Shown: positions 1 to 9,625 of the stretch, piece after piece
Numbering within the stretch: the first letter of the stretch is position 1
Layout of the letters: each line of letters opens with the position of its first letter
Source of the DNA: Nitrososphaerota archaeon
GTDB lineage: Archaea; Thermoproteota; Nitrososphaeria_A; Caldarchaeales; Calditenuaceae
Assembly (NCBI GenBank): GCA_041641295.1
Contig: JBEPYO010000001.1
Coordinates: forward strand, 544,001-608,000
Direction of reading: 5' to 3'
Length of the DNA: 64,000 nt
The notes under the pieces: generated by a model
What the model saw: the letters and a program-made list of their open reading frames with translations, nothing else
What the model was told of the DNA's origin: nothing
Database searches by the model: none
Translations under genes and position numbers: made by a program

Positions 1-148
1 GAATCCAGAATCCAGACCCGCCCGGAATGCCTGGTAGTGGAATAATGATTATCGAGAACAGCGCGGCGGTAGCGCATACACCCCCGAAGATTCCAGAGAT
101 GATTGCTAGTTTCATCTTGATGCTAGCTTGAGTAACCACCTCACTCAT
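1..148 (-). CDS. Partial membrane protein running off the window start; possibly an ECF-type S component
   Basis: Manual translation from ATG at 148: MSEVVTQASIKMKLAIISGIFGGVCATAALFSIIIIPLPGIPGGSGFWI, open to the edge, directly after the stop of the upstream small gene. Confidence 0.55.
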   Translation of the reverse strand, partial: MSEVVTQASIKMKLAIISGIFGGVCATAALFSIIIIPLPGIPGGSGFWI

Positions 149-149
149 C

Positions 150-362
150 TTAGAACCACCCCATGAATGTTGCCTGTGCCACGTATGAAATGACAAGACC
201 CACCAATACTATCGCCATGAATATCGTCATCCCCCTTACGAAGCCGTAGTAGGCGCTACTCCTACTCATCCTTCTCAGCAACATGTATAGTCCCACCATG
301 ATGACCACGTCGATAGCGATTACCAGTTGGAAAAACGCCGGGTAAGGTATTGGAAGACTCAC
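150..362 (-). CDS. Small two-helix membrane protein
   Basis: Hydrophobic ORF (track 150..455); probable GTG start at 362 (VSLPIPYPAFF); abuts the next gene. Confidence 0.55.
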   Translation of the reverse strand: MSLPIPYPAFFQLVIAIDVVIMVGLYMLLRRMSRSSAYYGFVRGMTIFMAIVLVGLVISYVAQATFMGWF

Positions 363-598
363 GTAATCCGCGCAAGAATGACCGCAAAATATACCGATAC
401 TTACATGATCGTTTAAATTTTCAGTGAGGTGTACAAAAATTACGAGCGAGTACATGTGAAGCAGGCCCAGTGTCTCCTGAACTCTGTAAGAAGATAATGG
501 CTTCTAATCTGTTTGTACTGACTTTGGGGGTAAACGCATTGTCTCCGTCATGCAGGGTCGTTTAGGGTTATATTTGAGACGCTTGCACTTCATGGGGG

Positions 599-973
599 TT
601 GGAGAGGGTTAAGAGGACTCTGGGCACGGTGCTCTCGCTGAGCTGGGTTGTTAAGGGGCGGGGGGTGCTGGCAGCCATTTTGATGTTCACCGTGATACTG
701 GTCACGAGCGGTGTGGTCTTCGTCACACTAAACCGGGTTGCGACTTTCTGGGGCCGCCAGATCTTCGCTCCCACACAGACTTTACAGACAGTCGCTGAGT
801 TTATAGTCGTCTCACTCTACTACGCTCTGGGCTTGACCGGGCTAACCCTGTTCTACTTTGCCGCCACTGGGCGTCTAACTGATAGGGCAGCAGGATACGC
901 CGCACTTGGCGCATCACTTCTCATACTCTTATCGGCTCTTGGACTTTTCGCGGGATATACGGCTAAAATATGA
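599..973 (+). CDS. Hypothetical membrane protein (about 3 TM)
   Basis: 124 aa hydrophobic ORF converging exactly on the radB stop. Confidence 0.6.
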   Translation: MERVKRTLGTVLSLSWVVKGRGVLAAILMFTVILVTSGVVFVTLNRVATFWGRQIFAPTQTLQTVAEFIVVSLYYALGLTGLTLFYFAATGRLTDRAAGYAALGASLLILLSALGLFAGYTAKI

Positions 974-1627
974 CTAATCCTCCATAATCCCGCCCTCAAA
1001 TATTCTAACACGGAGCGATAATGATTGATCATTTATGCGCAGCCTCAATAACCGTCTACCGGCTGCAATAGACTGTAGCCACAACTCACTATCCGCATAA
1101 TAGGAGACGATCGCGCTGGCTACTGGCTGCGGCTGGCCTAGGCCAGGCCTCTCATGAATGTCTGAGACGACTATTGAAGTGACGTTGCGGGACCGGGTAA
1201 CCTCTTTAAGGAGGGCAGACTGGAAAGCGAGCATTTTATAGATCCACTTGTCATGAGGCAGGACGCCTGAAGCTTCCACCCTATGGAGGTATGTGAAGTC
1301 GTCCACAACTATTAGTCCCGGTTCTTGGGCGTAGTCGCAAGCCCAAATTATTAGCCGCAGCTGCTCAGAGAAGGTCTCAGGGGTGGAGATCCTAATTTTA
1401 GACAAGTCTGCACCCCAGTGGCTTGCCAGGGCCCTTAGCCTGGCAGGATGCAGTCTACCGCCACAGTCTAGCCAGAGGACCTCAAACCCCATTCCGGAGG
1501 CTATTGAAGCAACCTGTAGCGCGAGGGTTGTCTTCCCGCTCTTCTCCTCTCCAACGATTAGGTGGAGCCGCCTAGCCTCTAGCCCCCCACGCGTCGAATC
1601 TAGGCCACTTATGCCTGTGGCAAGCAT
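974..1627 (-). CDS. radB: RadB-like RecA-family ATPase
   Basis: Starts LATGISGLD; Walker A GEEKSGKTT, Walker B LIVVDD; 217 aa with no RadA N-terminal domain. Confidence 0.7.
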   Translation of the reverse strand: MLATGISGLDSTRGGLEARRLHLIVGEEKSGKTTLALQVASIASGMGFEVLWLDCGGRLHPARLRALASHWGADLSKIRISTPETFSEQLRLIIWACDYAQEPGLIVVDDFTYLHRVEASGVLPHDKWIYKMLAFQSALLKEVTRSRNVTSIVVSDIHERPGLGQPQPVASAIVSYYADSELWLQSIAAGRRLLRLRINDQSLSLRVRIFEGGIMED

Positions 1628-1815
1628 GTCTACGCTCTGCCTAGCTCGGGGGCCCGTGGCGTCTCACCCTAAAAATTAGCAGTGCCGACCAGCTAATAAT
1701 ATCAGATTTGCGTGTAGTCTTATAAGGGCGGCGGGCTAACTGACAGGCGTATTATATTGCTTAGCTGTTTAAATAAATTTTAAATCAAAGTATATCGAAA
1801 TATATTCAGAAGCAT

Positions 1816-2241
1816 ATGATGAGGGGACCGGCCACCGCGAGGGTCATTACAACTCTTAAGAGGTACGGGCCCTTACCTGTTCCCCTAATCGCACGTAAAG
1901 CAAAGTGTAAGGTTGCGACAGCCCAAGCAACGCTGAATAGGCTTGTTTACGACGGTCTGCTGAGTTTTGTGGAGGTGAGGCTGGGCAGGTTTGCAAGGCC
2001 TCGGGGACGGATTGGAAGCAGAAGGCTACTCAGACTATACTACATCCCCAAAATCCACAGCAACAATCGCGTATACCAGACTATAAGGAGACTGGTAATT
2101 TTTAAGAGACCTGTCAACGTCTATGAGAGGAGAGCGTTTGGTATGTGGCTTTCGTCATCAATTCTCCCAAGCCAGGTGAGAGAGAGCATAATTACTTCAG
2201 TCTTTGAGCATAAGCATAGAGCTGCACATGTAAGGGATTAG
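1816..2241 (+). CDS. Basic hypothetical protein with N-terminal winged-HTH-like region
   Basis: LKRYGPLPVPLIARKAKCKVATAQATLNRLVYDGLL fits a wHTH pattern; AT-rich promoter-like region upstream. Confidence 0.55.
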   Translation: MMRGPATARVITTLKRYGPLPVPLIARKAKCKVATAQATLNRLVYDGLLSFVEVRLGRFARPRGRIGSRRLLRLYYIPKIHSNNRVYQTIRRLVIFKRPVNVYERRAFGMWLSSSILPSQVRESIITSVFEHKHRAAHVRD

Positions 2242-3977
2242 TTCATTATAGCGGGCCTGCTCTTGATCTCCTTGAACCGCTCTCTTAGCTTGTTGAAGTC
2301 GGTGCCTTTCGAGTAGACTGTGGTGTAGTTTTTAGCCTTCTCGATTGCCCTGCCCGCCTCGGGGTTAACCTTTCTGAAGTAGCGCTCAATAGAGTTTACC
2401 CAGAAGTTGGCGCCGAATGTGAGTATACCACCTGTGACAAGCTTAAGTATCGGATTGTCGCTCCCGAGCCTCCACGCCAGAAGCTCGGCCATCCTCCGCG
2501 TATTCCTCCAGCTGACGTAGATTAGTGCTGCCTGCGCCGGGGTTAGGCTGGCATACACATCGGTGAGGGATTGGTTTCCGCGGAGGGAGCCGAGGCTTAC
2601 TAGCGCCATAGGCGTGACTGTGAAGAGGAGCCCTTGGGAGGCCATGTAGTTTATCAGGCCGATGGTGTCCCAGATGTCGTCATCCGTCTCACCTCCGAGT
2701 CCAAGTATTATTGTGTAGGCCGGTAACCAGTATGCAGCGTTTAGAGCCTTCTGCCCTTCAATAACTATCTCAGACCAAGTCGCATCCACGCCAACCCGGA
2801 AGGGTAGGGCCTTCCTAGACATGTGTTGCAGAATCAGCTTGTCACTCCCTGTCTCCAAGCCTATCTGAACACCGACGTGCTTCCCCGGACCAGCACCTAC
2901 TATCTTGGAGATCATCATGGGCAGCTCTGGGTCTGCAGCCGGTGGAGCAAGCGTCGCGTGCATCGGGTTTGCATGTGTCACACCGTTCTGCGACATGACG
3001 GTTCTGTAGAGTTTTTCGATCGCCTCCCTGTTCGGCCAGTAGTCAGGGTCTCTCAACATGTAGGCCCACTGATTATCTGTAATAAACCAAGCGTTCCTCA
3101 CACCATATCTCAAGTTCACCCTAACCTCCTCTAGGACCTTCTCCGGTGGATAATAGCGGAGCGGACGCGTCGTAACCTCGCAGAAATCACAGTCAAGACC
3201 GCAACCTCTCATGATCTCGACCTGGCCGCTAATAGTGCCACCGACTATGGTTGGAATATCGTCTATCTTGGGGAGCCTATACCTAGAGAATGGGTGACGC
3301 GTAATGAAGCGTCCACGCGGATCTTTCACATAAGTTACTGTGGCGCGTCCATGCTGGTTGAAGACTGTTGTTCTGAAACCATGAAAGAATATAGAATTGT
3401 CGATACTGTCCTCAATCAATCCCTCGAAGAGAATGTGTATTATATCGTCCATCTCGCCCTGAACTACGTGGTCGATCCCGAACGCATCTATCATCTCCGG
3501 CCTAATCTCAAACTCCCATTCACCCGCACCACCCACTATAAGCTTGGCCTTGGGGCATCTATTCCTACGCAGAACATTTATAGTATGTATGAGGGACTCA
3601 AACTCCTGCGCGACCCAAGACTTCTCACGCCCACAGTTGTTAAACATTATCGTTAGGGGCCCGATACCCAACGGATCCATCGTGTTAACAGCTATTATCT
3701 TGGTATCTTCTCTGATGTGTCTATCCAAGTGGTTGGGGTGGATGACCTCGGCCCGTAACTTCGACTTCGTCTTGAGACATGCCTCAATCTTTCTGATCCC
3801 GTAGGGTGCTAGGACGGCGCGTCCATATTCGTCTGCGGGAACATCCGGCTTGCTCAGATACCTGTATATCGGTGGTGGGACGTATCTGACCGGCGCGCAG
3901 GGGAGAAAGCTGAGGAGCGGAAAATTGTGAAACATGTGTCCCAATGAGGGATCGTATGTTAGCACTACCTGCGTCAT
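2238..3977 (-). CDS. B12-binding-type radical SAM protein, probable GDGT ring synthase (Grs) family
   Basis: CxxxCxxC (RGCGLDCDFC); N-terminal PDVPADEYGRAVLAPYGIRKIEA and MDPLGIGP; LIVGGAG; GLETGS. Confidence 0.7.
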   Translation of the reverse strand: MTQVVLTYDPSLGHMFHNFPLLSFLPCAPVRYVPPPIYRYLSKPDVPADEYGRAVLAPYGIRKIEACLKTKSKLRAEVIHPNHLDRHIREDTKIIAVNTMDPLGIGPLTIMFNNCGREKSWVAQEFESLIHTINVLRRNRCPKAKLIVGGAGEWEFEIRPEMIDAFGIDHVVQGEMDDIIHILFEGLIEDSIDNSIFFHGFRTTVFNQHGRATVTYVKDPRGRFITRHPFSRYRLPKIDDIPTIVGGTISGQVEIMRGCGLDCDFCEVTTRPLRYYPPEKVLEEVRVNLRYGVRNAWFITDNQWAYMLRDPDYWPNREAIEKLYRTVMSQNGVTHANPMHATLAPPAADPELPMMISKIVGAGPGKHVGVQIGLETGSDKLILQHMSRKALPFRVGVDATWSEIVIEGQKALNAAYWLPAYTIILGLGGETDDDIWDTIGLINYMASQGLLFTVTPMALVSLGSLRGNQSLTDVYASLTPAQAALIYVSWRNTRRMAELLAWRLGSDNPILKLVTGGILTFGANFWVNSIERYFRKVNPEAGRAIEKAKNYTTVYSKGTDFNKLRERFKEIKSRPAIMN

Positions 3978-4121
3978 CTTCTGGAATCGAGTGCATCTAC
4001 TGATAAATAACCTTTATCCACCGAAATTAACCGGTGAAAGGGCTATGTGTCAAGGCCCTACACAATTGTTGTGAGGCTGGAATTCATATATATCGCGGGC
4101 TTTTTTAGAGGATGGATAAAG

Positions 4122-5051
4122 ATGCCATACAAGTCTCTGGCTGAGGCAATTGCTAAGCTGGAGGCTGAGAGACGCCCTTACGCTGTAGCTACTGTCGTCC
4201 GGGTTTCCGGCTCAAGTCTAGGGAAGCCCGGGTTTAAAATGGTTGTTGACGATCGGGGAGAGATCGTCTATGGGACTCTGGGGGGAGTCTGTCCGGAAGG
4301 CCCCATCATCTCTATAGCGCTAGAGTGTATAAGGGAGGAGGAGCCCAGGTTGGTTAAAGTGCATCTCGAGAGCACGGAGGAGGCGGTAAAGGGCATGGCC
4401 ACATCGGGGAGCAGGGATGAGATATTTGTCGAGACCTTCTGCGGCGGTACTATGGAGATTTTCGTAGACCCCATCACACCGGCGAGGCGCCTATTCATCA
4501 TAGGACAGGGAGGGAAGGACGACGTGGAGGAAGCCTTGGTAAGGTTTGGGAAGATCCTTGGCTTTGAGGTCTGGGTCATAGACCCTATGCCTATGCTGGA
4601 GGCTGAGCCTGACAAGTTGATATCGGATATAGACTTCGACCTCTCCAAGCTCGATATAGGGCCCCGGGACTGTGTCGTGGTCTTGACTAAGGGAGAGAGG
4701 GATGTTAAGGTTCTTGAAGCCATCTCGGATAAGACACCCATCTACTTGGGGCTTATGGCCAGTAGGAAGAGGGCTCTGCGGAACCTAGAGCTTCTCAGAG
4801 AGAGGGGAGTGCCTGAAGAGTTCATAGCAAGGATAAGCACGCCCGCGGGTATCGATATAGGCGCGAAGATGCCGGCGGAGATTGCTCTATCAATAATGGC
4901 CGAGGCCGTGGCTAGAATCAGGGGCGTACCTGTGGCTAGGAAGGCCGAGACCGCAGCCCAGCCCCAAACAACCCAAGAGGCTAGGACATCAATATCTCTA
5001 AGAGGGCTGTCCTGCGACGTCCCCGCCGCCACCCTCAAGGACAAGGGATAA
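4122..5051 (+). CDS. XdhC/CoxI family molybdoenzyme maturation protein
   Basis: AVATVVRVSGS, GTLGGVCPE, CGGTMEIFVDP, YLGLMASRKR, PAGIDIGAKMPAEIALSIMAE; ATG at 4122 preferred as start. Confidence 0.9.
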   Translation: MPYKSLAEAIAKLEAERRPYAVATVVRVSGSSLGKPGFKMVVDDRGEIVYGTLGGVCPEGPIISIALECIREEEPRLVKVHLESTEEAVKGMATSGSRDEIFVETFCGGTMEIFVDPITPARRLFIIGQGGKDDVEEALVRFGKILGFEVWVIDPMPMLEAEPDKLISDIDFDLSKLDIGPRDCVVVLTKGERDVKVLEAISDKTPIYLGLMASRKRALRNLELLRERGVPEEFIARISTPAGIDIGAKMPAEIALSIMAEAVARIRGVPVARKAETAAQPQTTQEARTSISLRGLSCDVPAATLKDKG

Positions 5052-5077
5052 ACCCTCCCCCAACCATCCTATTAGTT

Positions 5078-5385
5078 GGGGGCGAGCGGCTGGGCGGGCC
5101 ACGGGGCACTCCCGAGGAAGTTCCTCCCCCCCAACCGGTGCAGTCAGCCACCGCGAGGTGGGCGGGGAGACCCGCGGCAACGCCACAGAAACGAGACCCC
5201 TCCACCGCAGATGAGTATGACCCGCCAACCCGAGGCGGCGACAAGTGGTGGAGAATGGATGAAACGGGCGACCCTGACGGGGAAAGGCGCGCCGGGCCAA
5301 TGAGACGCGCCGGCGAGGCCCGCGTGGAGCCGAGAAGACCAATCCCGCCTAAAACAGAAGGAGGACTATGGGCCGCACGCCCCCT
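5078..5385 (+). ncRNA. rnpB: Archaeal RNase P RNA
   Basis: P4 signatures GAGGAAGTTCCTCC (~5113) and AAAACAGAAGGAGGACTA (~5351); CCACAGAAAC; terminal helix GGGGGCGAGCGGC/GCCGCACGCCCCC; GC-rich intergenic position. Confidence 0.93.
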
Positions 5386-5610
5386 TTGGACAGTAAGCCT
5401 TTCCGCAAGCTTGAAACCAGCTTCTCGCCTGTTTAGAGAGTTTTCTGCACGGTCGCTAGGCTCAGGTCCATGAGGAGATGATAGTGGGATCACATATGCT
5501 AAGAGGTGATATTGTCTAACAGTCCACGAAGGATGTTATTGCTCCATTGGTTTTGGCTGATTGCTGTGAGATAAGTCTTATAGGGGACTTGGGGCGCTTT
5601 ATGGCCGCGC

Positions 5611-6909
5611 ATGTCTCCACACTCTTTAAAATATGCTTGGTTTGTAGCGATAATCTTATTCCTCTTCCAATCCCTCCACGTTGCCGACATCTATGTTATC
5701 TCGGTCGTCTTCCCCCAAATCTTGGACGAGTTCCAGATCACCTATGTCTATGGTGGTGCGCTAATCACAGCTACCACCGTCTTGTCTGTGTCTCTCTTCC
5801 CTGTCTGGGGGTATCTGTTCGACAGGTATTCAAGGAGGCTCCTGATAAGCATCGCAGGCATCATATGGGGATTCACCACGTGGCTTAATACATTGCCACG
5901 AAGCTTCACAGAATTTTTTATAACAAGGACGTTGACGGGGGTAGACAATACACCTCCATCCGGCATTGAGAGTCTGATCGGCGACTACTTCCCACCGAAG
6001 AAGAGGGGTAAGCCCCTTGGGCTTATCGGAGCAACGGGAGCAACCGGCGCATTAGTTGGGACAATACTTGGAGTCCTGATAGGCTACACGTATGGCTGGA
6101 GATTCCTTTTCCTGATTACGGGGGGTCTAGGTATATTGACTGCAATAATTGTATACCTTGCTGTAAAGGATGTTCCGCGGGGAAGCTCGGAGCCTGAGCT
6201 AGCGGGTCTGAGAATAAGGGAGGAGCTATATAGGATAAGGTTTAGGGAGATATTTGGCCCGCTGAAAAAGCCGTCCATGCTATTCCTCAGCCTACAGGGG
6301 TTCTTCGGGGTATTTCCTTGGACAACACTCCAAGCCTGGATTTTCACATATATGTTGAGGGAGAGACTGTTCGATGAAATAACGGCACTCTATGCGATGT
6401 TCATCTGGCTAGTTATAATGATACTCGGTAATTTCGCCGGAGGAGCTATTGGCGACGCCCTTTTCTCAAAGACACCTCGTGGACGGGCAATAGTGGGTGC
6501 GGTAGTCGTGTTTCTGTCCGCACTGACCATCTACATCACATTGACGTGGCCCGTTGAAGATGTCAACGGGTTCATAGTTCTGGGAGCGGTCACCTCATTT
6601 ATTCTGCCGATGGCCGGTCCAAACGTGGCCGCATCAGTCACGGACGTGACACAGCCGGAGGCGAGGAGCTCCGCATTCTCTCTCCTCTCGATATTCGAGT
6701 CTGCCGGCTCGTCGACAGCACCGCTCATAGCTGGGTATCTGGCCGACCTATACGGCCTAGGATTCGGAATACTCTACATCTCCGCCTCCACATGGGTTGT
6801 CTGTGGAATCTTCTTCACGGTGCTTGCACTCGTTATACCTAGGGATATCAGCGAGTTGAGGAGGCTGATGAGGGAGAGGGCTGAGAAACTCAAGGAAGGG
6901 CCCGACTGA
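5611..6909 (+). CDS. MFS transporter
   Basis: About 12 TM helices; GYLFDRYSRR motif A; GDYFPPKKRG. Confidence 0.92.
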   Translation: MSPHSLKYAWFVAIILFLFQSLHVADIYVISVVFPQILDEFQITYVYGGALITATTVLSVSLFPVWGYLFDRYSRRLLISIAGIIWGFTTWLNTLPRSFTEFFITRTLTGVDNTPPSGIESLIGDYFPPKKRGKPLGLIGATGATGALVGTILGVLIGYTYGWRFLFLITGGLGILTAIIVYLAVKDVPRGSSEPELAGLRIREELYRIRFREIFGPLKKPSMLFLSLQGFFGVFPWTTLQAWIFTYMLRERLFDEITALYAMFIWLVIMILGNFAGGAIGDALFSKTPRGRAIVGAVVVFLSALTIYITLTWPVEDVNGFIVLGAVTSFILPMAGPNVAASVTDVTQPEARSSAFSLLSIFESAGSSTAPLIAGYLADLYGLGFGILYISASTWVVCGIFFTVLALVIPRDISELRRLMRERAEKLKEGPD

Positions 6910-6980
6910 AAAGCCACAGTTCATGTGGCACCATCTGTACCGGCTTTTCTCCACCATCTTAAGGGAGAGGTGTTTAGGGG

Positions 6981-8240
6981 CTAGACCACTATCTGGGCCT
7001 GTTTGTTAACTTTCCGCCACCGGATATTGTATAGGAAGGGCTGTCTTGTGGGGGTTATCAATTTATCCCACCTCTCTATCAGCTCCCTCTCCTTCTCAAA
7101 GGCTAGTCTGAGCGGCGTGGATAGGTCGGCGCCTCCTCTAAATTCTTTGACAGCCTCCAGCACCATCCTCTGCACGTCGTCCCTCTCCTGTGAGAACTGT
7201 TGTATGTGGGTGTAGTTGGCTTGGAACTTGCGGTGGAATCTCTCGACACTCCACCAATAGTTGTTGGGGTTGTATTTGTTGGTGGGCTTCTCTCCCATGG
7301 GTGGCAGCTCCGTCTCAAAGGTTAATGGCTTGAAGATGCTTAGGCATGGGAGCGAGGTTCCGGTGAACCAGTGGATGCTTGTGTCGCTGAGTTCGGATAC
7401 TTGGGATGCGGCAGTCTGGCTCGGCCTCGTCAAGCCTCCATAGTGCATACAGACATCCCTCATCGAGCCTCTACTCGGTGAGTAGGGCTCGAAGCTGTGG
7501 GACCTCATTATATCCATCATGTATTCGAGGGTTATGTCGCCCTCCCTTTCCTTTAGCTTTCTGTATGTGTAGGCTCGCCTATCCCTTCCATGGGCAAAGT
7601 ATGTGTAGAATCTGTCTGAGAAGTGTCTGGCGAAGCTGAAGCCTCCCTTCCTCGCTAGGCTCTCGACACTGTCGGAGGCTAGGTCCCATTCATCCTCTAT
7701 TGTCAGCGCATTAGATATTGAGTATACACTCTCGATCTTCTTGGCTGCCCAGTGTCTGCCTGCCGTCTCCAAAACCCACGCCTCCCTCGGGTCGGCGATT
7801 ATGAAGGAGTTGCTGTAGAATAGCCTGTGCTCGTAGCTTCCACTACCGCCCTGATTCTCAACTATATTTGTTATGAGTTTTAAAGCCTCTTCAGAGTTTC
7901 TAGAACGCTCCAAGGCCAGCCTCACAATATCCATTCCGAGGATTCCCTTCCCAGGTAGCTTCTCTCGACAAAAGATGGCGGTGTTCCCCACCGCTAGGCC
8001 GAACTCGTTCACCCCCATCTCAGCACCCCAGGTCCACCACGGGCGCGAGACAATTATGGAATAAGTCTCCCCCACCTGTGGGAACTCTACATAGGTTAGC
8101 CTAACCTCCCCCTCCTCATGCCTCTGCCGGGGGATGAGCTCCAAGACTTGGGCCTCGTTGGGATCCCTGTCAGAGTTTTTCGCGAACAGCATTACCTTCT
8201 CCCTAGTCGCCCTCGGTGTTGCTACGAGAATGTCACACAT
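6981..8240 (-). CDS. Peptidase C69/secernin-family dipeptidase (Ntn hydrolase)
   Basis: N-terminal MCD nucleophile; FAKNSDRDPNEAQ, WGAEMGVNEFG, NSFIIAD. Confidence 0.9.
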   Translation of the reverse strand: MCDILVATPRATREKVMLFAKNSDRDPNEAQVLELIPRQRHEEGEVRLTYVEFPQVGETYSIIVSRPWWTWGAEMGVNEFGLAVGNTAIFCREKLPGKGILGMDIVRLALERSRNSEEALKLITNIVENQGGSGSYEHRLFYSNSFIIADPREAWVLETAGRHWAAKKIESVYSISNALTIEDEWDLASDSVESLARKGGFSFARHFSDRFYTYFAHGRDRRAYTYRKLKEREGDITLEYMMDIMRSHSFEPYSPSRGSMRDVCMHYGGLTRPSQTAASQVSELSDTSIHWFTGTSLPCLSIFKPLTFETELPPMGEKPTNKYNPNNYWWSVERFHRKFQANYTHIQQFSQERDDVQRMVLEAVKEFRGGADLSTPLRLAFEKERELIERWDKLITPTRQPFLYNIRWRKVNKQAQIVV

Positions 8241-8355
8241 AGCGACACCTCTATGTGAGAGGAGCAGAGGCGCTTATAAGAGTAGCCGGCATACTCTTCC
8301 ACGCTAAACAATGCCTAGCTGAGATTTCCGTGGAACGCGTTGAATCGTGTAGGGA

Positions 8356-9618
8356 TTGCTGAGATTTATTTTGACGCTTGAGGTCTGGTTGGCGGTCTTG
8401 GAGGCGAGGCTCCGGTCTGCCCGGCTCATACTCATACCGGGTGTGGCGTTGGCGACGGTTAGCGGCGTTCTGGGGGCTGTTGTGGGCGCGGTTTGGCTTC
8501 TCTCGCTTTCGAGCGCCCTACCCTTCACACCCCTAGTCTTGTCCCACCCCAAACTCATGCTCTTCGGATTCGTCTACGTGTTCATCGCCTCCGTGGCTAT
8601 GGTCCTTGTCCAGCGCTTCAGGAATGAGGAGCACACGAGCTACCTCCGCCTCAGAGCCGCTTCACCGATAGCTATAGCTTTAGGCGTGTTGCTCTCAGCC
8701 TTTGCTGAGCCGGGCACTGTTGTCTGGCTCCTCAGCTACGCGGCCTCAGTGGCCGGCGCTTCCTCTGCGGCATTTTACTCTGTGAGGGTGCTGGGTAGGC
8801 CGTCGGGCCCCCTGGCTGCAGCCGACCCACTAATATCGTCCTCGATGATTCTTATGCCTCTCTCCCTAGCCCTAACCATGTTCGCGGAGCTCGATGGTGG
8901 CCACGTCTTCGGCAGGCCCGGTCTGCCGTTGCTACTCCTCCTTGGGACGCCTGCTGGGATGGTGATGGGTGTTGGGATAAAGACGGTCCACTTCCGGGTG
9001 GATATTAGGTTGAGGAGGAGGGCTTGGTGGCTTCTCACGCCCCTTCATGTCGCATCTTCCGCCGCGGCTTCTGCCGCTGTGCCGCTCCGAAGTGAGGCTC
9101 TGGAGCTGGCCGCATCCCTGGGATACCTACTGGCATCCGTTGTCTGGGTGGTTTCTGTCGACGCCCTCAGACGGGTCAAGTCGGGTGAGCAGTATGCTAG
9201 GATGAGGGAGAGGGACAGGGTCAGGTACCTCTACTTCTCGGCGCTCTATAGGGCTGCCTCAATCTGGCTCCTAGCAGGGTGTGTCTTGGCGGCGGTGGGC
9301 TCGGCCAGCCTGCTGCTGGCCCATCCATTCTGGTATGTCCTCAGAGACGCATACATACACTCCTTAGCCGTCGGGTTTGTAGGCAACATGATCCTCGCAT
9401 ACGCGCCAATCCTGATGCCCGGCCTCATGTCGGCGAGAATGCCCTACACTGGTCTCACACTCTATCCTGCAGCCCTTCTCAACTCTGGCAACGTGCTGAG
9501 GATTGCATGGTTTCTAGCAGGGTCGCCGGGCGTGCCACTAGCAACGATAGCGGCCTCGGCCCTCTACCTGAGCAGCATAGTAATGACGCTCCATATGATG
9601 CATAGCCTGGGCGAATAG
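8356..9618 (+). CDS. NnrS-like polytopic membrane protein
   Basis: HPKLMLFGF and DAYIHSLAVGFVGNMIL resemble NnrS His motifs; converges on a NOR-like operon. Confidence 0.6.
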   Translation: MLRFILTLEVWLAVLEARLRSARLILIPGVALATVSGVLGAVVGAVWLLSLSSALPFTPLVLSHPKLMLFGFVYVFIASVAMVLVQRFRNEEHTSYLRLRAASPIAIALGVLLSAFAEPGTVVWLLSYAASVAGASSAAFYSVRVLGRPSGPLAAADPLISSSMILMPLSLALTMFAELDGGHVFGRPGLPLLLLLGTPAGMVMGVGIKTVHFRVDIRLRRRAWWLLTPLHVASSAAASAAVPLRSEALELAASLGYLLASVVWVVSVDALRRVKSGEQYARMRERDRVRYLYFSALYRAASIWLLAGCVLAAVGSASLLLAHPFWYVLRDAYIHSLAVGFVGNMILAYAPILMPGLMSARMPYTGLTLYPAALLNSGNVLRIAWFLAGSPGVPLATIAASALYLSSIVMTLHMMHSLGE

Positions 9619-9625
9619 TGGGGGT

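Noticed and set aside
4998-5493. Four overlapping ORFs of 75-152 aa
   Set aside because: Pro/Arg/Gly-rich shadows of the GC-rich RNase P RNA.
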